Of a stretch of DNA of 64,000 nt, positions 53,501 through 64,000 are shown in pieces. Both the position numbers and the translations under genes were made by a program. The first letter of the stretch is position 1, and each line of letters starts with the position of its first letter. The DNA is from Azolla caroliniana (Eukaryota; Plantae; Polypodiophyta), in the NCBI GenBank assembly GCA_043228905.1, contig JBHGNT010000011.1, forward strand, positions 3,658,001 to 3,722,000, in the 5' to 3' direction. Under the pieces are notes generated by a model. That model did not search any database. It saw nothing but the letters and a program-made list of their open reading frames with translations, and was not told the origin of the DNA.

Positions 53501-54211
53501 TCCATTATGGTCTGGTTCATCCTCTCGGCCAGTCCGTTTAGTTCTGGCGTCTTCGGCACGGTAAATTCGAGCCGGATTCCCTTCGAGCGACAGTACTCCT
53601 CGAACTGCCCCCGGTACTCTCCTCCGTTATCTGCTCGAACCGCCTTCAGCTTCCGGCCGGTTTCTCTTTCCACTCTCGTGTGGAGCTCTTTGAAGACGGA
53701 TAACACCTGATCCTTCGTGCTCACAGATCTTTGCCACAGGCGGCGGTTACAACAGAGGCAACAACCTCTTTCTCTCTCTCTCTCTCTCTGTACAGTTACA
53801 CACACACTCTATTTTCTTGCACCAACAAGAAATGAACAACGACAACATCATAACTAAAAGTTTGCCCTAAGTCATATTTATACTAATATGACTTTTCGGC
53901 TATTTACAAATATAGCCTTGATGGACTCTCAGAAACATATTTACGAATATGTCTCTTCATCCGGTTCTCCGTAGCCGGGTACTCTTCATTCTGTCCATAC
54001 CGGGTCTGCACCATCCGGCTCTCCGTAGCCGGGTACTCCTCATCCGGTCTTCACCGGGTCTGCACCATCCGGCTCTCCGTAGCCGAGTACTCCTCATCCG
54101 GTCTTCACCGGGTCTGCACCATCCGGCTCTCTGTAGCCGGGTACTCCTCATCCGGTCTTTACCGGGTCTGTATCATCCGGCTCTCCGTAGCCGGGTCCTC
54201 CTCATTCGGTT
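50599..54211 (-). mobile_element. Ty1/Copia element E (relative of C), internally deleted: 3' LTR ~50599-51453, RT-RNaseH 51464-52987, partial INT 53047-53720, partial 5' LTR ~53722-54211
   Basis: YKARIVVKGFQQ, LLYVDDML, RTKHIQRRYHWIRE, RADNGGEY. The PPT rc ctccccc lies next to the LTR. 53740-54205 repeats 50850-51390. Confidence 0.9.
51075..51392. repeat. 54-bp CCGG-rich minisatellite in the E LTR (second copy ~53955-54205)
   Basis: Unit caccatccggctctccgtagccgggtactcctcatccggttctcaccgggtctg, about 6 copies. Confidence 0.9.
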
Positions 54212-55254
54212 TCGACTGGACCGATTAACATTCTACTATATGTCAATGATTTGGTCATCACCGGTGCCGACCTAGAAGAAATCGGCCGAGTAAAGTCTCA
54301 ACTTGCAGCATCATTCGAAGTGAAGGATCTAGGGGACCTTCATTACTTCCTCAGGGTCAAAGTGATTCGAAACCCCGAAGGCATATTGATCAGCCAACGC
54401 CATTATGTGTTGAATATGCTCTTGAAGTTTGGAATGGCAGATTCTAAATCCGTTTCAAGTCCTTTGGATAGAAACGTGAAGCTTCACCAAAATTCAGTAA
54501 CAGTGTGTGACCCGACACGGTTCAGACAAATCGTTGAAAGCCTCATTTACTTCATGGTCACTTGACCGGACCAGAGTTACTTGGTCTGCTTGATTAGTCA
54601 ATTCATGTCATAGCCAAAGGTTGAACACATTTAGTGCGCTTAAAGGATATTGTGATATGCTAGCAACACTAAGGATAGGGTGTTGCTATATCATGCAGGA
54701 GTAGCCGAGGAACTAGTCGGCTACATGGATGCCGATTGGGCCGGAAATTCCGGTGATCGCAGGTCAACATTGTTGGGAATAGACCCTCTATTCACCTTCA
54801 CCACTCGGCCACAACCAAGTTCTCACGGATCAATGCAGCAGAAAATAGGAACCACACGGAGATTCAAAACGCGAGTACACAGGAATTAACGTGGAAAACC
54901 CTAGACGGGAAAAACCACGGGAGTACAAGACTCCAAACAACACTATACAGAGGAAGTATACAATGGCGAGCTGCAAGGCGACGACCTTGAGCTCGCTGTC
55001 CTCGCCACAGACGGCGGAAATACACAGAGGCGTAGTCCTCTTCCTCTCCCTCACACTCTATCTCTCTCTCTCTCTCTCTCACGGCTGCTCCCTCTTCACT
55101 CCTCTTGAGTGGAAAATCAGAAAAAATGATCAGCGGCATGAGAACTATTTGCCCTAAGTCATATTTATACACATATGACTTTCGGGCTATTTACAAATAT
55201 AGCCTCAAGGGCCCTTGGCAAACATATTCACAAATATGTCCCCGCATCCGGATC

Positions 55255-55555
55255 TCTCTCCGGGTACATTCATCGTCCGGCTCCGTAACCGGGGTTCTTC
55301 AGCATCCGGCTCCGTAGCCGGGGTATTCATCATCCGGCTCCGTAACCGGGGTTCTTCAGCATCCGGCTCCGTAGCCGGGGTCTTCGTCATCCGGCTCCGT
55401 AACCGGGGTTCTTCAGCATCCGGCTCCGTAGCCGGGGTCTTCGTCATCCGGTTCCGTAACCGGGTACTCTTCATCATCCGGATCCGCATCCGGGTACACT
55501 TCATCCGGCTTCATGCCGGGTACTCTTCATCATCCGGTTCCGTAATCGCAACCGG
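55255..55555. repeat. 57-bp (29+28) CCGG-rich minisatellite in the C LTR (second copy ~60209-60509)
   Basis: Alternating catccggctccgtaaccggggttcttcag / catccggctccgtagccggggt(a/c)ttc(a/g)t. Confidence 0.9.
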
Positions 55556-55621
55556 GCTTGCCGTCATTTATCTCCGGGGACATCCCATCCGGAGGGACCG
55601 AAATCCCAACAAACTCCCCCT

Positions 55622-58600
55622 TCACTTCGGCATGGGATGTCTCTCCAATCCAATCCTCTTCCGGCATGCTTCCAACTTGTCGGGTGTGAGCACTTTGGTC
55701 AGCATATCTGAGCCGTTCTCGTCCGTGTGGATCTTCGTCAGCACGAACTCCTTGTCTTCTATCCTTTCCCGGATCCAGTGATATCTTCGCTGGATGTGTT
55801 TCGTCCGGGAATGGTAGGCCGCGTTCTTCGCAAGGTGGATGGCACTCTGACTGTCGCAGTAGAGTCGGTACTCCTCCTGCCGGATACCGAGCTCTCTAAT
55901 GAAGTCCTTCATCCATATTATTTCCTTGCCGGCTTCAACAGCTGCCATGTACTCCGCCTCCGTGGTTGACAACGCAACCGTCTTCTGCAGCCTCGACTGC
56001 CACGAAATAGCTCCCCCTGCATACGTCATCACATACCCTGATGTGGACCGGCTGGTATCTGCATCAGCCGACATATCCGAATCAGTAAAGCCGTCGAGTT
56101 CGGGCTTACCGGAGCCGAATCGGAGGCTCACGTTTCCCGTGCCCTTCAGGTATCGGAGTATCCACTTGACCGCGTTCCAGTGCTCCTTGCCGGGATTGCT
56201 CATGTACCGGCTCACCACTCCGACTGCATATCCGATGTCCGGTCTCGTACACACCATGGCGTACATCAGGCTCCCGACGGCTGAGGCATATGGCACTTTC
56301 ATCATATCCTCCTTTTCAGCCTTTGTCTTGGGGCTTTGCTTGCTGGACAGCTTGCAGTTTGCCGGGAGGGTCGACCCGACCGGTCTTGCTTCCGACATGT
56401 TGAACCGGTGAAGCACCTTCGTCACGTACTTCTCCTGTGACAGCCACAACTGCTTCTTCTTCCGGTCCCGGATGATGTGCATCCCTAGTATTTGCCTCGC
56501 CGGACCCAGGTCCTTCATTGAGAAGGTTCGGTGAAGAGCCTTCTTCAGCATCCGTATCTTGACCTGGTCCCGTCCGACGATCAACATGTCGTCCACGTAC
56601 AGGAGGAGTATTAGAAAGTCTCCTCCTTCGAACTTCTTCACAAACACGCAGTGGTCGGACTGCGTTTTGAGGTACCCTTCGTCGGTCATGAAGGAGTCGA
56701 ACTTCCGGTACCATTGCCGGGGAGCCTGCTTCAGTCCGTAAAGGCTCTTCTTCAACCGGCATACCAGGTGCTCCTTCCCTTCCTTCTCGAATCCTTCCGG
56801 TTGCTGCATGTAGATCTCTTCTTCGAGGTCACCGTGAAGGAATGCCGTCTTCACGTCCATCTGTTCTACCTCGAGGTCCATGCTTGCCGCTATGCTCAGC
56901 ACCGTCCGGATGGAGGTCATCTTCACTACCGGGGCAAATATCTCGTCGAAGTCGACGCCCTTCTTTTGCTGAAACCCCTTCACCACGATCCTGGCTTTGT
57001 ATCTCGGGGAATTTCCGACATCTCCCGGTTTCAGCTTGAACACCCACTTGTTTCGAAGTGCCCGCTTTCCTTTCGGCAACTCCACAAGTTCAAATGTGTG
57101 GTTCTCATGCAGGGAATCCATCTCGTCCTGCATGGCACTCAACCACCTGCGGCTCTGGGTGTCATGCTTTGCTTCTTCAAAGCTCTCCGGCTCCCCCTCG
57201 TCGGTTAGCAGCACGTGCTCTGGTTCCGGAAATCTCCGGGGGGCCCTTCTCTCTCTTAGAGGATATCTCCGTTCCGGAGCTTCGGTAACCGGTTCTTCCG
57301 ATTCTTCTTCATCCGAATCTATTTCGGGACCGGGGCCGGTTCCGGTATCGTTTTCATCTTCTTCGGCCGGTTCTGTTTCTTCACCGTCTTCGGCCGGATC
57401 CTCGAGTGCTAACCGGTCCCTTGCCGGTCGGGACTGCTCCTCGTAGAGTTGATCCTCACCGGTCGACTTGGAGCTCTTCACCTTCTTCTCCGACTCCCAG
57501 TCGGCGAGTGTCTTGTCCTCCATGAAGATGATGTCTCGACTCCTGAATATCTTCTTGTCGACCGGGTCCCATACTCGGTAGCCGAACTCGTCGTCGCCGT
57601 AACCGAGGAATATGCATGGCCGGGTCTTTGGATCTAGCTTTCCTCTCCGGTCCTTTGCCACATGCACGTATGCGAGACACCCGAACACCTTCAGATGCCG
57701 GTAGGATACTTCCCTACCGGTCCACACTCTCTGCGGCGTGTCTCCGTCCAAAGGTACTGAGGGTGATCTGTTTATCACATATGTCGCCGTCGACATTGCC
57801 TCAGCCCAAAATCCCTTGGGTAATTTCGCATGCGCCAGCATACTCCGGACCCTCTCCATTATGGTCCGGTTCATCCTCTCGGCCAGCCCGTTCAGTTCCG
57901 GCGTCTTCGGCACAGTAAACTCGAGTCGGATTCCCTTCGAGCGACAGTACTCCTGGAACTGCCCTCGGTATTCCCCTCCGTTATCCGCTCGTATCGCTTT
58001 CAGCTTCTTGCCGGATTCCCTTTCCACTCTCGCGTGGAGATCTTTGAAGACGCACAACACTTGGTCCTTTGTCTTCAACGGTGCCGTCCACAGTCTTCGG
58101 CTGTGATCATCTATGAATGTTACGAAGTACTGGGCTCCGCCATGTGACTTCGTCTCTACCTGACACACGTCAGTGTGCACCAACTCCAATGGTGCGCTAC
58201 GTCTCGTCGGTGGCCTTGAGTGGAAGGAGGTTCGGTTCTGCTTACCGGCCAGGCAATCGGTGCACTTCTCCAGGTGCACATGCTTCACTGGGATGAGGTT
58301 GTCTTCTGCAAGCCTCTTCATCCCCTTCTCACTCATGTGGCACAGTCTCTTGTGCCACAGCTCACCGGCAGTGTCGGCTGCCACATTCAGCTCTTCCGGA
58401 CATAACCGGGCATTCATCAGGTACAGTGTGTTGACTTTCCGGGCCCGAGCCACTATCAGGCTCCCCTTGCTGAACTTCATTACGCCGTTCCGGATGCTAC
58501 CTGTGTAGCCTTCATCGTCTAGCCTCCCGGCCGAAATCAGGTTCAATCGAACCTCCGGAACGTGTCGGACATCCTTCAGCAGCATTTTGCATCCGGTCGG

Positions 58601-59695
58601 GGTTGTCAACCACACGTCTCCTATGCCGGCAATCCGGCACGTACCTTCATTTCCCATCCGAACACAGCCATGCTCGCCGGCTGTGTAGGATGAGAAGTAT
58701 CTTCTCTCCGGGGTCAGGTGGAACGATGCTCCGGAATCGACCACCCAGGTCGTCTCATCGCCGGCAACGTTTAGCTCACCTTCTTCGGTGATGAGCATGA
58801 TTTCCTCTTCACTTGCCGCGAGTGCCGTCGTTCCTTTCCGGTCCTGTCCTCGCCGATCCGAACCATTCCGGTCCGTGGCTCCCCGGTATGCACCGTTTCT
58901 CTCCGGTGACTTCTTCGAATCGGTGTTGTCGGTTCCATTGTCTTTTCGGTAATGCCGACAATTCTTTCGGAAGTGCCCCGGCTTCCCACAGTGGAAGCAT
59001 GTGGGCCTTCCTCTTGACTGCGACCGGGTCCCCGACTTCTCCCGTCTTTGCGGACTCCGGTTCCATTGTCTTCCCCGATCCGATTCGGTAAACAGCATCT
59101 TCGGGTCAGAGGCCGGTTCCTTATCTCTCCGACGCGCTTCTTCATTCAGAATACTTGTCTTTACCGTTTGTAAGGACAAGTTATCTTCGGTGCACGAGGT
59201 GCTGAGAGTCACCACCAAGTTCTCCCAGCTTTCCGGCAATGTACACATCAGGATGATGGCTTGCATTGCATCCTCCAACGGGAACTTGATCGCCGCAAGC
59301 TGATTCACGAATCCCATGAACGTGCTTACGTGTTCCACCATACTCTCGCCGTCCCGGTACTTGAGATTCACTATCTTCCTCATCAGGGAGGTCCGGTTCA
59401 ACGCATTCTTCCTCTCGTAGAGGCCCGACAGCTTCTTCCACATCTCATATGCGTTGGTGTCGTTTGCCACATGTTGTAGGACGCTCACGTCGACGTATTG
59501 TCGGATCGTCGCTACGGCTTTCCGGTTCAGGAGCTTCCACTCCGACTCAAGTACCCCTTTCGGTATTTCCGACCTGTCAATCGGTTCGTACAGGTCCCGA
59601 ACAATCAGAAGGTCCTCCATCTTGATCTTCCAGTCGGCGTAATTCTGTGCATTCAGCACCATCATCATCGGCTGCCCGCTGCCGCCGCCTTCCAT
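55622..59695 (-). CDS. Copia Gag-Pol polyprotein, ~1357 aa, uninterrupted
   Basis: The first ATG after the PBS gives MEGGGSG...; CFHCGKPGHFRKNC, WVVDSGASFH, WHKRLCH, HTDVC, RADNGGEY, LNGLAERMNRT, YVDDML, RTKHIQRRYH. Confidence 0.97.
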   Translation of the reverse strand: MEGGGSGQPMMMVLNAQNYADWKIKMEDLLIVRDLYEPIDRSEIPKGVLESEWKLLNRKAVATIRQYVDVSVLQHVANDTNAYEMWKKLSGLYERKNALNRTSLMRKIVNLKYRDGESMVEHVSTFMGFVNQLAAIKFPLEDAMQAIILMCTLPESWENLVVTLSTSCTEDNLSLQTVKTSILNEEARRRDKEPASDPKMLFTESDRGRQWNRSPQRREKSGTRSQSRGRPTCFHCGKPGHFRKNCRHYRKDNGTDNTDSKKSPERNGAYRGATDRNGSDRRGQDRKGTTALAASEEEIMLITEEGELNVAGDETTWVVDSGASFHLTPERRYFSSYTAGEHGCVRMGNEGTCRIAGIGDVWLTTPTGCKMLLKDVRHVPEVRLNLISAGRLDDEGYTGSIRNGVMKFSKGSLIVARARKVNTLYLMNARLCPEELNVAADTAGELWHKRLCHMSEKGMKRLAEDNLIPVKHVHLEKCTDCLAGKQNRTSFHSRPPTRRSAPLELVHTDVCQVETKSHGGAQYFVTFIDDHSRRLWTAPLKTKDQVLCVFKDLHARVERESGKKLKAIRADNGGEYRGQFQEYCRSKGIRLEFTVPKTPELNGLAERMNRTIMERVRSMLAHAKLPKGFWAEAMSTATYVINRSPSVPLDGDTPQRVWTGREVSYRHLKVFGCLAYVHVAKDRRGKLDPKTRPCIFLGYGDDEFGYRVWDPVDKKIFRSRDIIFMEDKTLADWESEKKVKSSKSTGEDQLYEEQSRPARDRLALEDPAEDGEETEPAEEDENDTGTGPGPEIDSDEEESEEPVTEAPERRYPLRERRAPRRFPEPEHVLLTDEGEPESFEEAKHDTQSRRWLSAMQDEMDSLHENHTFELVELPKGKRALRNKWVFKLKPGDVGNSPRYKARIVVKGFQQKKGVDFDEIFAPVVKMTSIRTVLSIAASMDLEVEQMDVKTAFLHGDLEEEIYMQQPEGFEKEGKEHLVCRLKKSLYGLKQAPRQWYRKFDSFMTDEGYLKTQSDHCVFVKKFEGGDFLILLLYVDDMLIVGRDQVKIRMLKKALHRTFSMKDLGPARQILGMHIIRDRKKKQLWLSQEKYVTKVLHRFNMSEARPVGSTLPANCKLSSKQSPKTKAEKEDMMKVPYASAVGSLMYAMVCTRPDIGYAVGVVSRYMSNPGKEHWNAVKWILRYLKGTGNVSLRFGSGKPELDGFTDSDMSADADTSRSTSGYVMTYAGGAISWQSRLQKTVALSTTEAEYMAAVEAGKEIIWMKDFIRELGIRQEEYRLYCDSQSAIHLAKNAAYHSRTKHIQRRYHWIRERIEDKEFVLTKIHTDENGSDMLTKVLTPDKLEACRKRIGLERHPMPK

Positions 59696-60697
59696 TTTCT
59701 GCAACAGTCGCTCTGATACCAGTTTGTTGGGAATAGACCCTCTATTCACCTTCACCACTCGGCCACAACCAAGTTCTCACGGATCAATGCAGCAGAAAAT
59801 AGGAACCACACGGAGATTCAAAACGCGAGTACACAGGAATTAACGTGGAAAACCCTAGACGGGAAAAACCACGGGAGTACAAGACTCCAAACAACACTAT
59901 ACAGAGGAAGTATACAATGGCGAGCTGCAAGGCGACGACCTTGAGCTCGCTGTCCTCGCCACAGACGGCGGAAATACACAGAGGCGTAGTCCTCTTCCTC
60001 TCCCTCACACTCTATCTCTCTCTCTCTCTCTCTCACGGCTGCTCCCTCTTCACTCCTCTTGAGTGGAAAATCAGAAAAAATGATCAGCGGCATGAGAACT
60101 ATTTGCCCTAAGTCATATTTATACACATATGACTTTCGGGCTATTTACAAATATAGCCTCAAGGGCCCTTGGCAAACATATTCACAAATATGTCCCCGCA
60201 TCCGGATCTCTCTCCGGGTACATTCATCGTCCGGCTCCGTAACCGGGGTTCTTCAGCATCCGGCTCCGTAGCCGGGGTATTCATCATCCGGCTCCGTAAC
60301 CGGGGTTCTTCAGCATCCGGCTCCGTAGCCGGGGTCTTCGTCATCCGGCTCCGTAACCGGGGTTCTTCAGCATCCGGCTCCGTAGCCGGGGTCTTCGTCA
60401 TCCGGTTCCGTAACCGGGTACTCTTCATCATCCGGATCCGCATCCGGGTACACTTCATCCGGCTTCATGCCGGGTACTCTTCATCATCCGGTTCCGTAAC
60501 CGCAACCGGGCTTGCCGTCATTTATCTCCGGGGACATCCCATCCGGAGGGACCGAAATCCCAACAAACATTTGGGTTCGCGTCTTCATTGGGAAGCGTCA
60601 CAATTTCCTGAAGTAGTAAACAACAACCAATAGTGGCACTGTCGAGCATTGAAGACGAGTATCGAGGGGTGGCTATCGCTACGTGCAAAGACATTTG

Positions 60698-63355
60698 TAT
60701 CTGAATCAAACATCCGAACCGACTCGGCTACCTTCGATCGGTTTTCTCTCTCGTCCGAGTTGGCTGTCTCCAACTTGTCTTCGGTCTTCTCGCCCTCGAT
60801 GGCGTCATCTCCCCTATGCGTGGTTGTTTTCGGCTCTCTCCTTTGGCTTCTCCCCTTCTGTCCGCTTCCGAACTTTTCCGCGGGTCCGCCCTCGGCTTCT
60901 TCAGCCGATCTGAAGTCGAACTTGTCAACCGACTCGGTGTCGCGGTCTCCGCTCCTTTCCTGCTGCCTTGCTTGGTCGTTTGGGACTATTCTCCCCCTCA
61001 AGTTCGGCACGTCAAGGTGACGCAATCCGAGCGCACCTGAGAATTGCCACAACTTGTCCAGACCAAGAGGCTTGGTGAAGATGTCGGCAGCCTGCCGATC
61101 CGTCGGAACGTACTGAAGTTCGACTTCACCCGAAAGGACACGCTCATGAACAAAATGGTAGTGCACCTCAATGTGCTTGGTCCGTGCGTGGAAGACGGGG
61201 TTCTTCGCGAGTTGGATTCTGCTGAGGTTGTCGCAGTAGATCGTCGTTGGATCGGACACCTCCTCTTGCAGGTCCTTACGTAGCCGCTTCAACCATATGG
61301 CTTCGCATGTCGCGACAGCCGCTCCTCGGTACTTAGCTTCGGTGCTCCACAATGCAACTGTCGGCTGCTTCTTACTGCTCCACGCGATCGCGGCACTCCT
61401 GAGGGAGAACGCGTATCCATACGTGGATCGGCGATCGGCGGCGTTGCCAGCCCAATCAGCATCGGTGTAGCCCACTAACTGCTCGGCTGTACCAGTCCGA
61501 TATAGCAGTCCCCGGTCCTTAGTGCCGTTGACATACCGAAGTATGCGTTGCGCACACTGAAGGTGCTCCTCGGTAGGTCGCGCCATGAACTGACTGATCA
61601 CCCCGACCGGATAGCTGAGGTCGGGTCGGGTGATGGTCAAGTATATAAGGCTTCCGACAATTTGTCAGAACCTCGTCGGGTCGCACACCTTTCCCGTATC
61701 GGGACGAAGCTTGACGGTTCTATCCAGAGGAGTTGAGACGGACTTACAGTCGGCCATCCCGAATTTGAAGAGCATACTCAGCACGTAGTGACGTTGGCTG
61801 ATCAATATGCCTTCGGGGGTACGGATCACTTCGATCCCGAGGAAGTAATGAAGGTCCCCCAGATCCTTCATGTCGAACGATGCCGCAAGCTGGAGCTTCA
61901 CGCGGTCGATTTCACCTAGGTCGGCGCCGGTGATGACCAAGTCATCAACATATAGTAAAATACTAACCGGTCCGAGTCGACCTTTCCGAATGAACAAGGA
62001 AGAGTCCGATTTTGACGTGACAAAGCCCATCCGACGCAGTTGTTGCGTGATCTTCGCGTTCCAGGCACACGGGGCTTGGTTTAGTCCGTAAAGGGACTTC
62101 TTCAGTCGGCATACTGCCAAGGAGTTCGTTCCAGAGTGAAATCCAGGGGGTTGTACCATGTACACCTGTTCCTCAAGGTCACCTTGCAGGAACGCATTCT
62201 TTACATCCATCTGATGTAAGTGCCACCCCTTCGCCGCAGCTACTGCTAGCAAAACACGGACGGTCGTCATTTTCGCGACCAGCGCAAATGTCTCATCGTA
62301 GTCGATGCCGTGTTTCTGCGCGTAGCCCTTTGCCACTAGCCGAGCCTTGTACCGGTTGACCGAGCCATCGGTGTTGTACTTGACGTTGTACACCCACCTA
62401 CACCCGATCGGCTTCACACCCTTCGGTGCGTCAACGCGTTCTCCGCCAATGCGTGCATCTCTTCCTCCATCGTGGCACGCCAATTCGCGTTTTTAGCCGC
62501 TTCTGCGTAGCTCTCCGGCTCGCGCACTTCCGCTACACGGGTCATGTATGCATAATGATGCGCCATGTACTCGTTGTATCCGAACCGCAGAACAAGATTC
62601 TTCTCGGCCGACGCGGTCTTCATCTTTAAAGACCTGTCACCGGTTCCCTCGGAGTCAGACTCGCGTCGGTCAGACTCGTTCCTATCCGTGCCGGAATCCA
62701 ACACCTTCTTCTTCCCTTTCTCTTTGTGTGTAAGCCGTCTCCTCGGCTTCCTCCGCGGGGAATGCACGGCCGAGTCTCCACTACTCGCCGGCTCTTCATC
62801 GGACTGGTCGTACCGACTCAGTCGTCCAATCGGTCCACTTAACCGGAGTGAAATTGGACTCTCTTCGCGGGTCTCGATTTCGGGCTCATCCGGAGGCATC
62901 TCGGCCTCGCTGATCTCATCGTCAGAGCTCGGATTGGAGTCGAGGTTCGTAGTCGGGGGCAGGTACCAGGACGCGGACTCGTCAAACACAACGTCGCGGC
63001 TCACACGCGCTTGTTTGGTGAGAGGGTTATAGCACTTATAACCCTTCTGCTCGTCCGAGTAACCGACCAAGATGCATTTCTCGGCCTTTGCGTCCAGCTT
63101 CCTCCTTTTCTCCTTCAGTATATGCACATACGCAATGCTACCGAACACCCTCAAGTGTCGCAAGTTCGGCTTCGTTCCGAAATATAGCTCGTGCGCCGAC
63201 ACTTTGTCTCCGATCCGGTTCTGAATGTATACCGCGGTCCTTACCGCCTTGGCCCAGTAGAACTTGGGCAAGCTCTTCTCCTCCAGCATTGCCCGTGCCG
63301 CTTCCACAATCGACCGATTCTTTCTCTCAGCCACGCCGTTCTGCTCCGGCGTGTG
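60698..63355 (-). mobile_element. Ty1/Copia D-family fragment D3 (INT C-terminal half, RT, RNaseH, 3' extension); no LTR in view
   Basis: HTPEQNGVAERKNR, RFGYNEYMAHHYAYM, LLYVDDLVITG, HARTKHIEVHYHFV; collinear with D1. Confidence 0.92.
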
Positions 63356-64000
63356 TCGGGGTAGTTGTGGTTCGTGCGGCGAAGTCGCAGGGACTAAGGT
63401 TAAGGGGAGTTGAAGGAACTTTATTAGGCTTGCGTGCAAATGTTAGGAAGATAAAGGATATGAGGAATAATAGTTTGAAGTAATATGTGTGAGAGAGAGA
63501 CTAGTATAGATAAAAGATAGAGGCAATGTATGATTCAAGACGCAAGATAGAGACAAAGTATGATTTAAGACAAAAAAGTATATGATATGAACATGATGTA
63601 TATTATGAATACAAGATTTTACCAACTTTACAATGTTTGGTAGCAAGATGAACCCTTTCTCTACCGACCCTTGATTCGAACTCTTGACTCCAACTTGGAA
63701 ACACGAGCCTTTTCACCAACAAGCTAACTTGTTTGTTTCTTTGATTATCTTATTTCTCTAACTTTCTCTTGATTCCTTTGTTTTCCCTTTCCCCTCTTTA
63801 TATAAGTGTTGCCATGCATATGGTAATGTATGGGATCATGGCATGCATGCAATGCATGAGTTACATGTAATGCATGATCGCCATTTGGCGCACATGCATT
63901 GCATGTGATGAATGATGGCTATGGATGAAAATAGATATGGGATAAGTATAATGATGAAAATGCATTCTAAAATAACTAACCTAGCTTAGTGGTGTATGCT
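63354..64000 (-). mobile_element. Possible LTR of a further element running out of the window
   Basis: D3 stops abruptly at tgtcgggg. The following DNA is non-coding, has GA-rich tracts and a minus-strand TATATAAA (~63796-63803). There is no partner copy to confirm it. Confidence 0.35.

Larger units (their letters stand above)
54771..60565 (-). mobile_element. Ty1/Copia element C, intact: 841-bp LTRs 59725-60565 and 54771-55611, PBS 59710-59721, TSD AACAT
   Basis: aacat on both flanks; I see one LTR mismatch (55546 t vs 60500 c); single ORF; PPT next to the 3' LTR. Confidence 0.98.
36969..60697 (+). mobile_element. Ty1/Copia element D2 (D family), heavily degenerate host of the second nest: 5' LTR ~36969-37394, decayed PBS 37395-37406, gag 48855-50598, RT/RNaseH 54212-54770 and 60571-60697
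   Basis: The leader gagcgcgagggttgaga matches D1 (15664-15680). MDRGMGSLLPIEKLDRSNYASWSYKMHQYLLG; DLGDLHYFL; GYMDADWAG..GDRRST|FGF...QPIVALSS reads across the C insertion. The middle and the 3' LTR are missing. Confidence 0.8.

Noticed and set aside
55255-55555. CRISPR-like array of 28-29 bp palindromic repeats (also 51075-51392, 53955-54205, 60209-60509)
   Set aside because: Units are contiguous with no unique spacers, there are no cas genes, and the arrays lie inside paired LTRs.
19869-59716. Many short antisense or alternate-frame ORFs repeated among A1/A2/A3 and C/E
   Set aside because: Shadow ORFs of GC-rich gag-pol; recurrence reflects recent copy identity, not selection.
59696-59758. 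Upstream start for the C polyprotein given by the ORF track
   Set aside because: It lies in the LTR/PBS and uses a non-ATG start; the ATG at 59695 matches the start position in B.

Overview
The window is a gene-free, repeat-dense stretch of a eukaryotic, almost certainly land-plant, genome. It is a deep nest of transposons; I found no host gene, RNA gene or CRISPR array. From left to right: a (TGTA/TG/TA) low-complexity block; a degenerate L1-type LINE whose likely 3' end lies about 26 kb downstream; decayed Copia and Gypsy fragments; a Tat/Athila-like Gypsy 3' region carrying an extra ORF, split by a Copia element (D1) that is itself split by an intact young Copia (A1, identical LTRs); a decayed chromovirus-type Gypsy; and a second nest in which a Copia (D2) holds a solo LTR, which holds Copia A2, which holds its sibling A3. 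D2 also holds a hAT MITE, a deleted Copia (E) and an intact Copia (C) whose LTRs carry hairpin minisatellites. Seven insertions are bounded by readable target-site duplications (TSDs). The letters A-E are my own family labels. The most notable items are the uncharacterised extra Gypsy ORF, the hairpin arrays in the LTRs, the CCG/CGG-biased composition of the young elements, a duplicated PPT with a Pol extension in family D, and an unexplained LINE ORF1 domain. None can be shown to be a new biological system from sequence alone.
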